Of a DNA stretch of 64,000 nt, positions 1-46,200 are shown one piece after another. The DNA comes from Bugula neritina. Lineage: Eukaryota > Animalia > Bryozoa. The notes beneath the pieces were generated by a model. It saw only the letters and a program-made list of their open reading frames with translations. It did no database searches and was not told where the DNA came from. The stretch covers positions 7,636,581 to 7,700,580 of the forward strand of contig OZ037767.1 of assembly GCA_964035545.1 (NCBI GenBank), written 5' to 3'. How positions within the stretch are numbered: position 1 is the first letter of the stretch; each line of letters starts with the position of its first letter. Position numbers and translations under genes: made by a program.

Positions 1-1179
1 TGAAAGCCCTCAATGGTGAAAGTATTTTAGTGAGCATAAGTTTGTGTATATCTCAACACAGTAGCAATCATGACTTTAAATAAATGACCTTTCCGCTAGC
101 ATTTAAATTTTCCAATTATTGCAAACTATGTAATATAAAAGTGTTATTGAAATAACGTTTTAGCATTTTACGTGATCAGTTATGAAACTATAATTGCAGC
201 AAAAATGCTAGCCAGCAAAAACTAGTACTACCAGAAAAAAGTATGTTGTATGTTGTAGCAGAACCTATATGTGGGAAAAGGTTAGCTTTTAGTTAAAATA
301 AAGTTGGCAGTTTTAGCCAGTTGAGATATAAGTTGAAGAGTTAATTAGCCTTTTTTTATAAACAATAATATTATGGTAGTACTGAAATGTTTCAACACAG
401 AAACACAATAAAAATTTTGCAAGATTTGGGAAACAATATTGACTTATAGACATACAATTTTGACCTTTTGCTTAGTCACCCTTGTGTCTACTAACATAAC
501 ATGCTTATTATTTATGTATAGTTGCACTGCTAGGTAATTTAAGCACAAAAGTTACGATAAAAAAGTAGATTTGTTTTGGGTTAAGCTATTAAATATGCAC
601 TAGAAAGTTTAAACACAGAAATAGCTGTTGTATTATATTATCTTATCACAGCAAAAATTGAACCCCTCAATTATACCACATACACAGAAAATGGGACAGC
701 TGATAATGTGTTAAAGAATTGTCAACCTCAATTGAAATTAAAATTGTAAATTATGAGTGCTATTTAATAGTAAAAGTCTTAAACTTTTATCTGCTAACAA
801 AACTTTTTTGAAAACATTTAAATTTAATAATTAATTCAATTCCGTTCATTCTAATAGTTCATTCTCGGAAACTTTTTTGCGGCATCAATGTTTACCATTC
901 ACTACTCAATATATAATAAAATGTAACCCAAAATATTATTTAGAAGGTGTTGTGTTAGAGATGATTTCATATGCGGTCTTGTTAAATAAAACTAATGATA
1001 ACAGCAATATTATTAGCAACTTGTTTTTTATGCAGTATAGTTACATATTTAGGGCGTGCCAGTATAATATCGAATGATGGAGCAATGATATATAGTTGTC
1101 AAGTTTTTAGCTACTTATATAGTAGTTTAGCAATGAGTTTTATAGCTTAGATGAGTGAAAATGTCATGAATTGATTTAC

Positions 1180-31676
<30,497 letters not shown>

Positions 31677-32150
31677 TCTCCCATCTGTACTCTATTAACA
31701 TTCAGTGTAAAATAAGCTAACAGAGAAAGAAGAAGAAGGAAGTTAGTCTGTAATAACATTTACCTAAGTAAATCTATTCATTACATTCCTATATAATAGA
31801 GGAGGTGCTGTATTTAACCATTGTTACAAAGCAAGAATATATTTAAATAGCTAAAAGGTTTTTGAATGCACTAAGCTCATTCATTCTTTTACTACTCAAT
31901 TGCATGAGCTGCCTGTATTAAACAAATACAATCTTCACAATTCTATACAATCACCTCTTTTATTTCCAATTTGCTCTCTGTAATGCAAACATAGTAACTC
32001 AAGCATATGTGTCAGCTAACTCTAACAAGTTTTTGTAGCTAGTGTTGTTTCACATGAAATAGAGTCTACAACCACTGAATTGTAACTAACTATTTATTTC
32101 CAGGATTCACCAATACCATACATTTACCCTAATACTCTATGTTATGATTA

Positions 32151-33469
32151 GGGGTAACGGGGGGGGGGGGGAGGGGGGCACAACGGTCATAGGGGTACAA
32201 AAAGCCGGCCAAATTGTCAGAGAACTTATTGACTTAGAGTTGTGATGTTTTTCTCATAAAAAGATATTGACATAATCATTCAGCCTCTGTAGTTTCAACA
32301 CTTGCGGAACATATGTGTTGAAAAGGCAAGTAAAAAACTGTTTTTACCTACTTTTTTTAGATTTTTTAGGATGTCGTTGAAGCCTTATAACTTTTTACAC
32401 TCAAAGGCAAGAAGCCTAAATTTTACTAATATTGTTGCCATTGCTTGTCTCTACAATGCTTAACTAGTATAACAGCAAACACTGAAATAAATTTTCCTTG
32501 AGGCACATTTATTTTCGATTTGGCCACACGGGGCACAATGGGCCACCTGATTATTGCACCCTGATCACTGTTATTAGTTTGTTTGCGCAAAAAGTTGGTT
32601 GAACTGTTACTAAAATGTATAAATATAGCCATTTCTGACCTTTTTGTAAAATATTAAAGACATCATGGTAAGACTACAAAACTACAAGGTGAAGCTCCCC
32701 TAATACATACATCTGGTAAGGTTAAAGCTTTGCCATTTTATACATAATACAAAACATTCTGCTGTTGCTACTAGTAGATAGTCATGATAATCATTATATA
32801 TTACACCATTGAGGGAATATACATGCATTTGACTGAAATAAATTGTGATTTGCTAATTTGCTCCCCCCTCTCCCTTCCGTACTCCAGTCACAAACCTCAG
32901 CCATGCATGGACCTTAGCTACAGTTCATTGAAAAGAGTTCACTCAGAATTTTGTAGTACATTTTAGTGAAGTTTTTTTTAATAAACGTTGCTCTGAAGTG
33001 AAAATAACAAAATATTTTTAGTTTTAAACAGTAATGATAATGGCACTGCAGAACTGAGTGACGCGCGCGTTTGATTTTGCCTTCCTCTGCTATCCGTAGT
33101 GGCACAAACTGTACAGCTAAAACATGAATTTTGCTGTAAATCTGAAAGAATATCTTTATTTATTTGTATTATTAAATGAATAAAGATCAGATATAACAAA
33201 ATACGCAAAATTTCAATATATTTGTTGTGTCCCACCCAGTGGCCCATTGTACCCCAGTACCGGGGCACAATGGGCCAATTTTTTCGTCATGAAAATTTCA
33301 TTATTCTGAAAGTTGTGAAAAAGATAGAAAAAACAAACTGGTACCTGTAATAGACAACAGATGTAGCATTAGGACTAGAGATTATTGAACTAGTAACTTG
33401 AAAAACAGACGAATGAGAACAACAAATGCAAAATTCGACCCGTTTTGCCCCCCCCCTCCCCGTTACCCC
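32151..33469. mobile_element. Non-autonomous DNA transposon, TA TSD (Tc1/mariner-pogo-like)
   Basis: TA-GGGGTAACGGGG...CCCCGTTACCCC-TA; internal ggggcacaatgggcc repeats; empty site in copy B at ~63250; second family member at 49726-50644. Confidence 0.85.
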
Positions 33470-36074
33470 TACTGAGTAAAGTTATCACGTTTTTTCAAAA
33501 GTACACTGATGGTTAGAGTATTAAACAAACTTCTTGGCATCTCACAACTAATAGCTCTATTAAAAATAGTTTCGAAAGGCCCCAACATTAAACACCAAAA
33601 ACACCAATGACCTCATTGACCCCATTAAAGTTCCTGTTTATGCTTGGCATAAGTGACAATACTTATTTACTTTGCACTGATTATTAGATCTGTGGTTATG
33701 TCAATGTGGTTTGGGTGACTAGCCCATGTTTTTGCCCCGCATTTTCCAGCCACCTTGAGGTGGTGAAGTGATGCAGTAAATGTTCATATGTACTAAGTGA
33801 AGCCATATGACAGTGTGTGAAGGCATGTTAACAAAAGTAGCAGCAGTGTCATTTTCTTTTGCTGTTGTGCAGCTAAATGTGCCTAGGGGAGCTATCTCAA
33901 TAAATTAAAACTAATTAGTTTTGTACACTATTGCACAAGCTCAATCAAAGTTTCTAAGGAAAGTCTCACTTGCAAATAATTTTCTATATGGCATATATTC
34001 TCATGCACGCTAACTCAAAATGATCATTCTTCATGAAATGAAGTTTGTTGACACCATAAATTAAGATGTTCCCTGAAGAACAGTTGTGTGTGTGTGTACA
34101 TGTGTGCCTGCTTGTTATTTATATTCTTCAACGCAGTTGGATGCTTAATGACAATTGAAGCGTGGAAAGACAAGGATATATAGTTTAACTAATAAGTCAT
34201 TAGGCTTATAAGGCCAAAATAGTAGCTTCACAGCTATATCTATACCAAAAAGTTTCTTTCAATGAAAGTAGTTGTTAAAGTTCAATACTTTGCTATCAGC
34301 ATTCCTACAAATACTTATTTAGGTTTCACTATCTGAATTCTAAACAAGTCCAACATTTTAATAAGTTATTTCATTTTAAAAGGCAAGTTACCTCATAAAA
34401 TCTGAAACAATATCACAATTCATGGTCTGCTGTGAAATACAGCTAGTTTAATTAATTTCATGCTAAGCCGTTGAATAATATATTTCATTGTCCTGTTTCT
34501 TTTTGTAATTCAATATCTATAGTTTGAAGCCCAAGAGATAATTTTAAAAAGAATATTTACTGAACATTTGGCTTATCAAAAAATATTTTTGATACAGAAA
34601 TTTTGTTTATTATAAAATAAATTATTGTCACGATTGTTCAAGTAAATGATAAAAATAAAACTCAAGTTGAAGCAAGAGTAAGAGAAAAAAATACTTTTTT
34701 ATATATATACATATATTATATTTCCTATAATGCTTTTTAGGCACCTGAGATTTAATATTTGTAGCGGCAGAAGTTGTCTGTCTATAAAAGCAACAAATGC
34801 AGCACTAGCCAGCTAACAAGAAATTGCTTGTTCTTAACTTTAAGTAGAGAAGCTATATTTAATGCTCAATTTTTTACAATAAGGCAAAACTGTGTCTTTT
34901 CTAAAAAAAGTTGCCTAACTGATGTATATAGTTGCCCTTCTTACAAAAGAATCCTTTACAAGCAAAAATAGTTTTTGTATATTTGAATCTAGCAAAACAA
35001 AGGCTTTGGAGTGACATAAAGCAACAACAATTGCATTTATATGTCTAACCCACCCAATTTTGTGTGTTGGCACCCCTACCACACTAAAATCTGGATACAA
35101 GTTTTTTACTATTGGTTATTATTAAGCTGCGTGTTTGAAATTTATTGGTACTGAAAGCCATTGCATGAAAAACACACTCACTAATTAATAAGAAACCACT
35201 TGCTAATAAATTCAACCACAGGTATGATATTATGCAAATTGATTTGAAATAATAACAACTCATTTCTAAATGAACAAAAGCCACAAAGAAGTGCATTAGA
35301 ACGCTTATGGTGAAGCAATAGAATTGCTACAATTATAATAACTAGGAGTATTGGCAAATATTTTAGCAGTTGACAGCAGCTACAAATTTGACATAAAACA
35401 ATATTGTTTATTCTATCTATATACACTGTAAACAGATGTCATATGTTGCCGAGAAAACTTTGTTTATGCAATTCGTTGTTGCAAATAAATGAAGTTTTTT
35501 GTCTCCAAACATTCTTTTCTCGTTACAGAGCTAAACTAGCTTTCTTTCATGTGACATATAACATGTGAATAATAAAACAGAACGCATAACTCAAGAATTT
35601 ATATTGTCTTACAAGTAAAAATAGTGTTCTCCCAGTCTCTATAATACTGTGCATAGATTTCACCAAATTAAAATTACTATTTCAGTGCACAACTACTCTG
35701 TATAAAAGATATATATATGAAATAAACTGATTATCATGACCAATAGTCATATTTGTCAATAATCATAATAATAAATTAAAAACATAAATATTATAGCTTA
35801 CCTTCCACAAATAGAGTTCATGAAACTTATTATAGAGAGTAGTAGACAATTTTTTTTTCTAAATATTTGAAGATACTTCAGAATTTTAAGTTTTTGTAAT
35901 CAAATTTTTAAATATAAAAAAAATAAAAGCAGTAAATTTTAAGAGTTGGAGATATTAAATAGTTCGCCACCATAAAAAAGGAATACTAGTTAGTTTTGTG
36001 TTATGTAATACTTGGTAGTCAGATTGGTTAGATTTCAAAATTGAAAGTCAGCTGAGAACGAATATATTGAATAT

Positions 36075-36391
36075 TTAATTAGAAACTGCAGCATAAACAT
36101 GATCGGAAGCAGCTGGTTGATCTAGTTGCAGAACTTCATAATTTACATGCTCTTCCTTTTCAAAAGTTGTATTTATGTAAGTGGGTTGGCAAGCAGTTGT
36201 AGCAGACATGATAGTAGAAGGTACTTCATAGGCTGATCCATTATTTCTATCATTGGCAACAGGTGTACGGAGGCCTAAATCTTTCATTGAAGCATTTTTT
36301 TTTCTTAGTATAAGACTTATGCCACCAAATACAATTGCCAGCATAAAGGTCAGTGATAGGGCTGCTGATAATCCAATCACAATAACCGAGT
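36075..36391 (-). CDS. Copy B terminal exon: TM helix and cytoplasmic tail with four tyrosine motifs
   Basis: VIVIGLSAALSLTFMLAIVFGGISLIL-RKK followed by SAYEVP, PTYINT, VNYEVL, HVYAAV and a stop. Confidence 0.85.
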
Positions 36392-39300
36392 CTAAAAATA
36401 ACAAGTTATAAAATAGTGAAAATACAATATTTTGCTTATTAAATGACCTACTTATATATACTCTTTAATTAAAAATGGATATTTGATGAGTTAAAAGCAA
36501 TGATGGCATCCAAAAACAATGTATATAAAGCAACTACCTTTAGACCCATTGCTATACCTATATAGTAATCACCATGCAACCAGAATGTTACTATGCAATG
36601 TACTACAACATATACCATTTAAGATTATAATTATTTAGCTTTTACCCATTTAATACTATATTTCATATATACAAAAGCTGTCTTACTAGAGTCTTTACAG
36701 ATCAGCGGCTCTCCTGACCATTCAGTCACCAACTCATTATTCAACACGCAGTGTAGGTGAAGGTCTCCCCCTACTTGTTCCTTCCCTTTTTCACATTCAT
36801 AGAGGATAGATTCTCCAATCTGTACTGGATCTCTTGTTATAGATGACTTAGTGCCAACTCTAGCTGGTGGGTTTGAGCATGTGGTAGGAGGAACTACAAT
36901 CAGTTGCAATATAACAGTTATGTTTGACAGGCAAAAATAGTTAAAAACACCACTGGAATTTCAATACGTATGCAAAAAACCTGCTTTCAGGTTTGAACAT
37001 ATCGAATGGTAACTTTGTCCTATAATGTTTATTAAAACGTTACAGTAAGGCCCAAAGCTTTTACATATTACTAGTTCTCTTTACATAAAATCAAAAAGTT
37101 TTGAGTATAAAAAATTAGTGCCACATAATCAAAAATGCTAACCTTCAAAACTGTGTCCTTCTCCAAGTTGTTTGACATACTCAACCTCAGATCCCTGTAA
37201 ACATAATAACATTCAAATAATAAATTTCTCTGTTTGTTTTTACCCAGCGAGCTCCAGTGGAAGACTGACTCTAATCTAAACCTATCTTCGCTTAGCAATG
37301 TACTAAGAAATAAAAATAGGTTAAATTTTCAAAGAACATTTTTAGGAAACAGAATGTATGATTTCCTCTCTTCCCCCTCATAGTTTCATAAATAAAAAGC
37401 AAAGCCTAGATTACAATAAAAAATAATTGCCTGCGTAAGCCCATAAGTGTGTTTAGGACTGTATATATAGTGATTTGCTTAGACTGTAATAACTTACATT
37501 GGGCACCCAGGTAGTAGCCATCCACACATCATAGTCTGTTGCCGAAGCTAGTTTTGTATTTTTGTAGCCATTGTAACTAATTCCATCTCCAACAGCAAAC
37601 TCATATCCACCAGGAATAGAGAGCTTTGTGTCATTAGCCAGTATCTCAGCTGTTATGTAACAATTTTGAGTGAGAGTAAGACTTGCTCTAGATACTGACT
37701 TGGAGTGAGAAGATAAGATACAGCTACTATTAGATACAGCTCTTTTACTCCTGGTCTTTCTTTGAACCACTATCAAGTAGGACCTGCAGCAAATGTTACC
37801 CAAAAAAATCATTTACTCGGACTATTTATTATGTGGTTTGTCTGACAAAAATGTGGCTGGTCAATAACAAGAGAGGGACTCATGAGAATTTTTAGATGAT
37901 TTTCCTGTGTTTCTCATGAGTCTGTCGCCGAGCCTTTAGGCTAATTATAATCACCATGCTCAAACTTCTATGTCCCTGACAGGTTGTCACATTAGACCTA
38001 ATCTCAGACACTAGAGTTTATAATATTGTGACAAAAAGAATATTGATGGTTTTATCCAGAGTTGAAAGATTGTGCTTTTCTGAGATAGAAAAGAAAGTTT
38101 AGGTAGCAGCCATAAAAATACTCTGAATAAAAATTTGAAGCAAGTATTATCCTTTAGATTTATAAGCTTTAGGTTAGTTATAACATTGTAACCTAAAATT
38201 ACTATGCTAGATAAAAACATTTTGTGGTGCTTTAATATTTGAGTTCTCTTAACAACATTTCTTCTTTAGAATTACTGGCATAACAAATTGGCTTCTGTCA
38301 CAAAGTATAAAAAAGATCTTGCAGAGTTGCTTATAGATTACAGATGTCAAAATTGGTAGATCTAGCTGAAGCTTTAGTTTCAGCTTCTTTTCTGCAAACA
38401 TAACCAAAAGGATATTGATATAGTTATTGCAGAGTTATGCAATTAAATTTGAAAAGCCAGACTCTTTCAGTAAACTGGCATCTGGAAATGCAACTTTGGT
38501 TGAAATATTGAATTAAATCAAAGAATTAACTGGACATGCTAATTAATCATCTGGTCACCACCATATTGTTTGACTATTATACAAAGTATATCTTGTACAA
38601 CCTGGCAATTATGGTAGTTAAAATGAAATACTAAATAATTATACCTTATTTTAACAACCTCTTGCTGAAGTGGTAAAATGGTAATTGTAACTTTTTCTGA
38701 ACACACCACAAGCTTGGTAAACAGGCTCTGATTCTTGACTAAAATTATTAATCAATTGTTAAAAAAAGTGAAACATAAACAGCTTCAGCGAGTTAAAAGT
38801 TATAATAATTTAGAAAACAGCATAAAAAAAGCTGAAATGACTTTGAAATAGAAGCAGTAATATAATTGTCATTTGTCAACATAATTGCCTGTTTGAAAAA
38901 CTGATAATAGTAATAAGACCAATTGTAGTTTTAGAAGAGCTCTGTGATCATGTTTACTTACTTATAAACTTTAACACAAATAAGTTTCGCTATAAAATGT
39001 TGTAGACTTTATGAACTAATATCGTGACAAAGCCAAAAGATTCAAATACGGCTGCATTTGGATATGTAGCCGTTGGTAGTGTCTTGAATAAAAATGTTAG
39101 TTATTATTGCTGAGCTGAGCTTGTAATGTCACAATAGTTATATTTATATGAAAATATTTTTACCATTATATATCTTATTATAGTGTTTCAGTTAGGGAGC
39201 AGCTGTGGTCTAGGGGTTAGAACGTCTGGTTAGTAAGCAGAAAGTCATGGGTTAGAGCACAGACAAAAATTATTGGTGATGTGAGGAAGAGCATCTATCC

Positions 39301-42300
39301 ACAACTGCTGTTGTCCCTATCTGAATGAGTTCATAGCCCAACTTAACAAAAAACCTTTTCATCAAGGTTTTCTCACAGGGATGGCGAATATAAATTCTAC
39401 GGTGAGTTTATAGTGTTTTGACTGTAGTTGAAATATTTTTTCGACAAGACAAATCATAAACAATATGTTTGCTTTGTAATGGGCTTTGTACTTCATAATG
39501 ATTAGTGGTTCTTTGAACAAATTTGTTATTTATGATTGCAGAGCATAGCAAATAGTCCCAAAATTTAAAAAGAACCATTGGAGAATATTAGCCCACGATA
39601 TTAAAAGTTATATGAAATGGTAAGTTGAATTAAAATGTAATACTAACTGATGAATTCAGTAACAGTAGTTGCTGCTAAACTGGCAGGACTTGGTGCGTAT
39701 ACTGAACCAGCTCGAGCTGTGCATTGTATCACAGAAGCAGACGTTAAATTACATATAGAAGTCTTTTCTTCACCCTGATTGGTTGATGTGAAGTTGACTA
39801 TTGGTATGACACCAGCTTTATTGTTGTAGTTACATTCAAGCTAAAAGAGAAAACATTTCTTTTGTTATTAGACACTGCATTTCATACAAAATAATTATGC
39901 ATTGATAATTTCATGATTTTTATCTACATTAGTAAACCAGCTATATTGCTACAACTGGCTGACCCATCAATGCAGTTTCAACATAATATGCAATTTTGTA
40001 TATGTGATTTTGGAAATATCTTGAAATAGATTACTGCCAGAAGAAAATCATAGCACTAATCACCGTTTGTTGTAATTATCGTTGAACTCACTAAATAATA
40101 AGTAATTACTCCCGTGTATTCGCCAGGTTTGATTAGAGATAAACTTATGCAGTTTTCATCCGGCGATTCGGAAGCAATAGTGGGTGAAGTTGTTGGTTCT
40201 ACAACAAAATACAAAATTTTGGAAAGTAATCTTTCATATTTTAGAGTAAAGACATAATTTTGATACGAGTGAATAAAGTAAATGCTGGTTTTTGAATATA
40301 TTAATGCTATAATTAAAGGTGAATTTCAACTCTTTGGTAAACTTCTTAAGAACTGATTATAATATAATTGTGAATTTAAAAAAGGGTTCTCACCAGTATT
40401 TCCAGTCAGAACTGTCAGTTCTTTGGTTGAAATCTTGTTTTGTTCATTTCTAGCCTTCACTTCAAACTGGTAGTTGGTGTTGGCCATCAGATTAGAGAAA
40501 ACATTTTGTTTACTGAACCCTGGCTGAGGAGAACTTTTCATCCAAAAACTCAATTCTGTTGTGCCATTTGGCCCACACCAACTCAGGAGGGTCTATTAGA
40601 AAATCACAAAACATTGCATACAGTGTAAAAGAGCATAAGAGACTACTGGTATTTAGCATGGCTTTTATTGCCAAAATGACATTATAGAAATTATAATATT
40701 ATGTCATGTACATATCAATGATTGAGCATACCTGGTTTTTAATAATTGTAACTTTCCGGTAGCTTTTCCAGTTATCTTGATAAACATACTCATCTATATA
40801 ATCTATTTTCCCCACAAAATCTGGTGCTGAAAGAGAAGTGTCACTGAACACATGTGAAGATGTCGTGATACATTTAAAGGTTTAACCTGTAGACTTATAG
40901 TAAATTTTTATTGCTCCTTCTTTATAGAATTTTTGTGTAAGCTTGGTGTCGAAAAAACACACAAAAATATAATTTTGTTTAGTGGTAACTTTCATTGTGA
41001 TGATTGAGTATACTGATCTAATTATTATTTCTGAGTTCCTTTGTTTATCAAGGTAACTTCGTAAGTTTGCAAAATAGGTTATCGAGTAGTGGAATATAAT
41101 TATAGCCATAAAGAAAACATCATTACAGACTGAGTTTGTATTTTAAATGTCTCTAATTGTAGGAACCAAAATAATATCAAACCTGCACATGCTGTATGGC
41201 TGCTGGATTCACCTAAATCTCCTTCACCTGCTTCATTTATCACTCTAACTTGACACTTGACTAACTGATAAGGTTGGTATCCTTCTTTAACATCTTGACT
41301 GTTTGTAGTGCTACTAACATTTTTCCAGTCCATCATATTGGTGCACATAAACTGTAAGGAATTATTTAACAAAGTCAAGAAATGAAATAATATCAGCATA
41401 TCAAAAATAATTGAGAGATTAGAGCACAAGATAACATATCTCACTTGATAACTGATAATTGTGCCATAAGTATACTCTGGAGGTTCCCAGGATAAGGTTA
41501 CAGAGTCTTCTGACTTTGCAACTACAGTCACTGCCGGTGCATCAGATGCTGAAAATAATGTAGAATGTTTGATCAAGATTTACAATAACACTGTTTAGAA
41601 ACTGTGTTCAGAAAAACAATCTAATGATTAATTTATTATTGAAGCAATACTGGTTACTTCTTCAAAAAATATAACTTAAAAGATTATTATAGGAAAGCAT
41701 TATGTTTATACAAGTTTACTAACAAGATTATAGAATGCACTAAAAGCATAGACACATCAATACATTGGGTAAAACAAATTGCAATATAGTACTTTAATTT
41801 TAGATATGAGCCAACCAATAGGAGGCAGCTTACAACTAAATTTATTAAACGACATGCTTCTAGCTAGGAATGCATGTATTGTGACAATGGCAGGTGTCAC
41901 TTTAGGCTTGTTTTTTTTCTATAAGATCTATTTTAGAAGACCGTAAAAAGGAAAAACCTTTTAAAGTTATTAGCTTCAATGCAGAAAGTTCTGTTTTTGT
42001 GTGAGCAAAAAATAACATTTAATAATTGTAGTAGACAAAGGAAGAGACAACTAAAAACAACATTTGAAATAAAAGTTCAGACTGTAATGCAAACTTTCAA
42101 AAAAAGTTTAATCTTTATAATCTTTATAAGTGTTCAATGTCAAAACAAATTATTTTTGTGTATTGTGTATTATTTTCATTTTAAGTTATATTTCAATATG
42201 TTTTCATTTTAGATTCAAACACTGCCTAAAATGGAGATCTATCAAAAATAAAATTTTTATAAACTTTGGAAGATTAAATGCAAATTGATGCCACAATTTT

Positions 42301-43219
42301 TATAAACATATTGTTGAGAAACAAACATGCGATCCTATCGCTAATCACAGTCATGACAATCTTGTGACGATATAGTAACTAATTGCTGTACTAGAATCGC
42401 TGTATACTTGTTTTACCCCTTCTCTCTGTTTTTCTGTTATACAGAACTATCAAGATGTTTTTCATTCTAATAACTATTTTATTATCAAATAATTAAATCG
42501 GTCAATCAGTTTGATGGATAAGTTAAATCAGCTATCAATATAAATACCCATGACGTATTTCGTAATTTATATTTTACACAATGGCAACACATTCAACACA
42601 TATATTTGAGTGTAGGAAAACATATTCACTCACGTAAACTCTCTGTGATGACTGTGTAAGTAGCTGGTCTATCTGACTTCTTGTTACCACTATTTATAGC
42701 CCAGACTGAGAATGTTATAGAAACTCCTCCAGCATCAGCTGTGAATGTAACCATTCTATCTGATGTGACTTCTGTGGAACCACCAGTGACTGTCCATTCA
42801 TAGCTCTTTATAGAATTACAGTTTACGATCATTGGTGCCTATGAAATATGCATGCAATGTCATATTCTATATTTACACACGCGCAAACACATAATTATAT
42901 GTGTGAATGTCCTTCATATGGCTCATTATCAGAATAATCTGCAACTAATCAAAAATTCCAAAATAATTTGAAGTAAACTTACAATCCAGTTACAAGTTAC
43001 GACACAGACACACTTACAGTAGAACTGGTTGCTATTTAAATAATTTATATATTACAGTGGCTTCGTCAAACAAAATAATTACCCTAACTATTTATACTGG
43101 CAGTAAACAAGTTGACAGCGAATATAAAATTTTGTTGATTCTTCATTAAAAAAAAAGTTTCCAATTAATTATATTTTAAGTTATTGTGCTATAGCAACTA
43201 AGCTAGTTGTAAATATTAT

Positions 43220-43261
<42 letters not shown>

Positions 43262-46200
43262 ACGCACACGCACACGCACACGCACACGCACACGCACACG
43301 CACACGCACACGCACACTCACGCGCGTACGCCAATTAATTATATTGATGCATGTCCTTTACAAGTTAAGTTTTGAAATTAGGAGCAAATATAGCAATTAT
43401 AAAAAAAATTAATGTGACAGCCATCTGTAACAAGTTAAAAACTTTAAAATAGTTTGTAGTAAATTTACATTTCTGTTATAAAAGTGACAAAGCAGACAAA
43501 TTTAGCACCTGTCGCTGTTTAAATGATTTATAAATTACAGTGGTTTAGTCAAACGAAATAAGTAGGCTGACTTATACTGCCAGTAAAAAAATGACAGCAC
43601 AACAAAAAAGTAGTTGTCGATTTTCTTACTCTTTCTGTAATAAAACTGTTTCCAGCTTATTTTATCTCAAAATATTGATCTGTAGCAACAAGTGGTTAGT
43701 TCTATGATAGCCTTGAGTGTGTGCAGCTACTGGTCAAAATAACCTCATATATTATTTGTGAGTTTTTATCGCCAATAACAAATTTCGACATCTCATACAT
43801 TGGTATATAAATAGTTTAATTGGAATCGCGTCATTTCAATTACAAATAATTATAAAAAATGCTTTCCAATTTTATAGAAAGATTTTAGTATTCCTCACCA
43901 TCCAGGTTGCAGTGTATTTCCATAATTTCTTAAAACCATTTAAGGGCTGCAGTCTTTCAGCTGTTAGTTCTATATCAGACGGAGGATTTGGTGCTAAAGT
44001 AAGAAAACTGGCTATGTTTTAGAAATTGCGCCTTTTTACTAATAATTTATTAAAATACAGGAAGTCCATCAAAATTTGACAATTGATTTTTCTCAGGCAT
44101 AAAAATCTTACATAATAGCGCTATGAATTTCACAAAATATAAATATATTTTTAGTGTGTAAAAAATGCTGTAAGATTTAACCAACTATACAATGCCTTAC
44201 AAAAGTGTTGTGTACACTAAGTGTACATTAATTGTTATTATGTATGTATCAGAAATGTAACATTATATACTATATACAATTATAAAAGCTGGCACATACC
44301 TGTACAATGTTTAGTCATCACAAGTAGAGAGAAAACAGGTCCAGGACACATATCAGAATTTCCTGTATGATGAGATACTAGAAATCTGTAGAATGTGTCT
44401 TCATTCAACTGGGTGGCTGTAAAACCCACTCTACCATCTTTCTTATTAACATTTAGATTGTTTTCACCAGTCAAACTGACTTCATACCTGTATATTGTAA
44501 GAAAATACTAAGTAGTTACTGTTATGCATCCGTTTTGCTTTCTTTTTAATGATCAACATTTACTAATATAATATGGTATCAGTATTTGTTAGATGTTGAT
44601 AGAAACATGCTGTTTCTCATATCACATACTTACTGTAAGTCCGTATAATTACAGTCAGAAGCACAATTAAAAATCCAGGGCTGGGATTCACGATTCCATT
44701 GACTGAAAGATGCTGTCACAGAAGTATAGTCTGGATATACTACGTCAGCATTCTTTTCTACACTGAATGTTGGGATATGATCTACAATATTTCAATAAGT
44801 GATTAGTTATAAAGTGGTTTGAATACTTAACTTGACCAAGAATTATCTCAGCTTTGTAATAACTTTTATAAAATAAGCATTACATTTGAGTAATATAACA
44901 TTAGGAATGTATAGGCAAATATTTATGTATAAAATTTGTGCATTTACAAGTTCAAAGCTTTTTATTACTATACTATAAACCTAGTAAAAAATCATTCCAC
45001 AATGAAAGTTAGTAAACAAAGACCATACTAATAATAACAAATTATTGATTTAACTGCAAAATTGGTTAAAAAATCACACAAATGATATTTTGTAATATTG
45101 CTCAGTTATTTTATAAATTTTGTAAACGCATAGCAAAAAATGCTTAGAGTGAGTATTGCAACATTGAATAACATTTAAAGTCAGATTGCTAGTTAGCATG
45201 TGGGTGAGGACAGCTGTTTCCACCAGATGCAAACCACATTTAAAAGATGTTTTGTTTTATAATCAAGACTAGTAAATAAATCAGAAAGCTGAAACAGAAA
45301 TTCTAAAGAATAAAAAACTTTATATTGGTAAGCTAAATACAATAGACTCTGCTCACCATAGCCATATATTTCAACTTCTCTGAATGCTACTCCTAGAGTA
45401 TTATCAGTGAGTATAGCAAACTGTTGTATGTATGGAGATACATTCAAGTCACATAACACATTAAACATAACTCCTTGAGAATTTGAAAAATCTCTACATT
45501 TCTTCCAGTTATTGCTTGACCCTTTGTTTGGTGGTTTGTTTACATCATGTGGCTCTGAGTTGGTCAGGTAGTGCATTTGCTTTAGTCTGTCAGCTATGAA
45601 CCATAATTAAAATAGATAATTGTGGAACAAGTTAGTGACCAAACAATATAACCAATAAATTTGTTGGTAATAACTTTAATGCATAATTGTTGGTCAAATG
45701 CACAGCACTTAGTAAAGAAAAATCACATATCTAAGAACTTTCATTGTGTTCAAAACAAAAGCAATCACAGTAGCCAGGGTATATTTAATAACTTTCTAAT
45801 CTCCTTTAAATAAAGCTTTGCTCATGCTGCCAGATCGGCTTCCATATTATTCTGAAATTGTAACCAACAGCAGTTGGTTACTCAATTAACTGATAGAAGC
45901 TATTTTTAATAAAATCATTTGCCGTATTACTAATCAAAAAAAGTTAAAGTGCACCCTTTTCACATGCAATAAATAAGCAATTTAGAAATCAACTATAGCG
46001 TCTATAATAAATTTGAGTTTGTACATTATTATTATTTAGAGTTACACACTGCATTATTGAGCTGTAATTCTTCTACAAGAAAGGCAATGAGTTACTTAAT
46101 AAAAAGTATATCTATAATTAATGAAAATATTAGTAGGTAATACACATATATGTTTTATACTATTTTTGTAATGGCCATATGTAAGGGTTAATCAAAAGTT

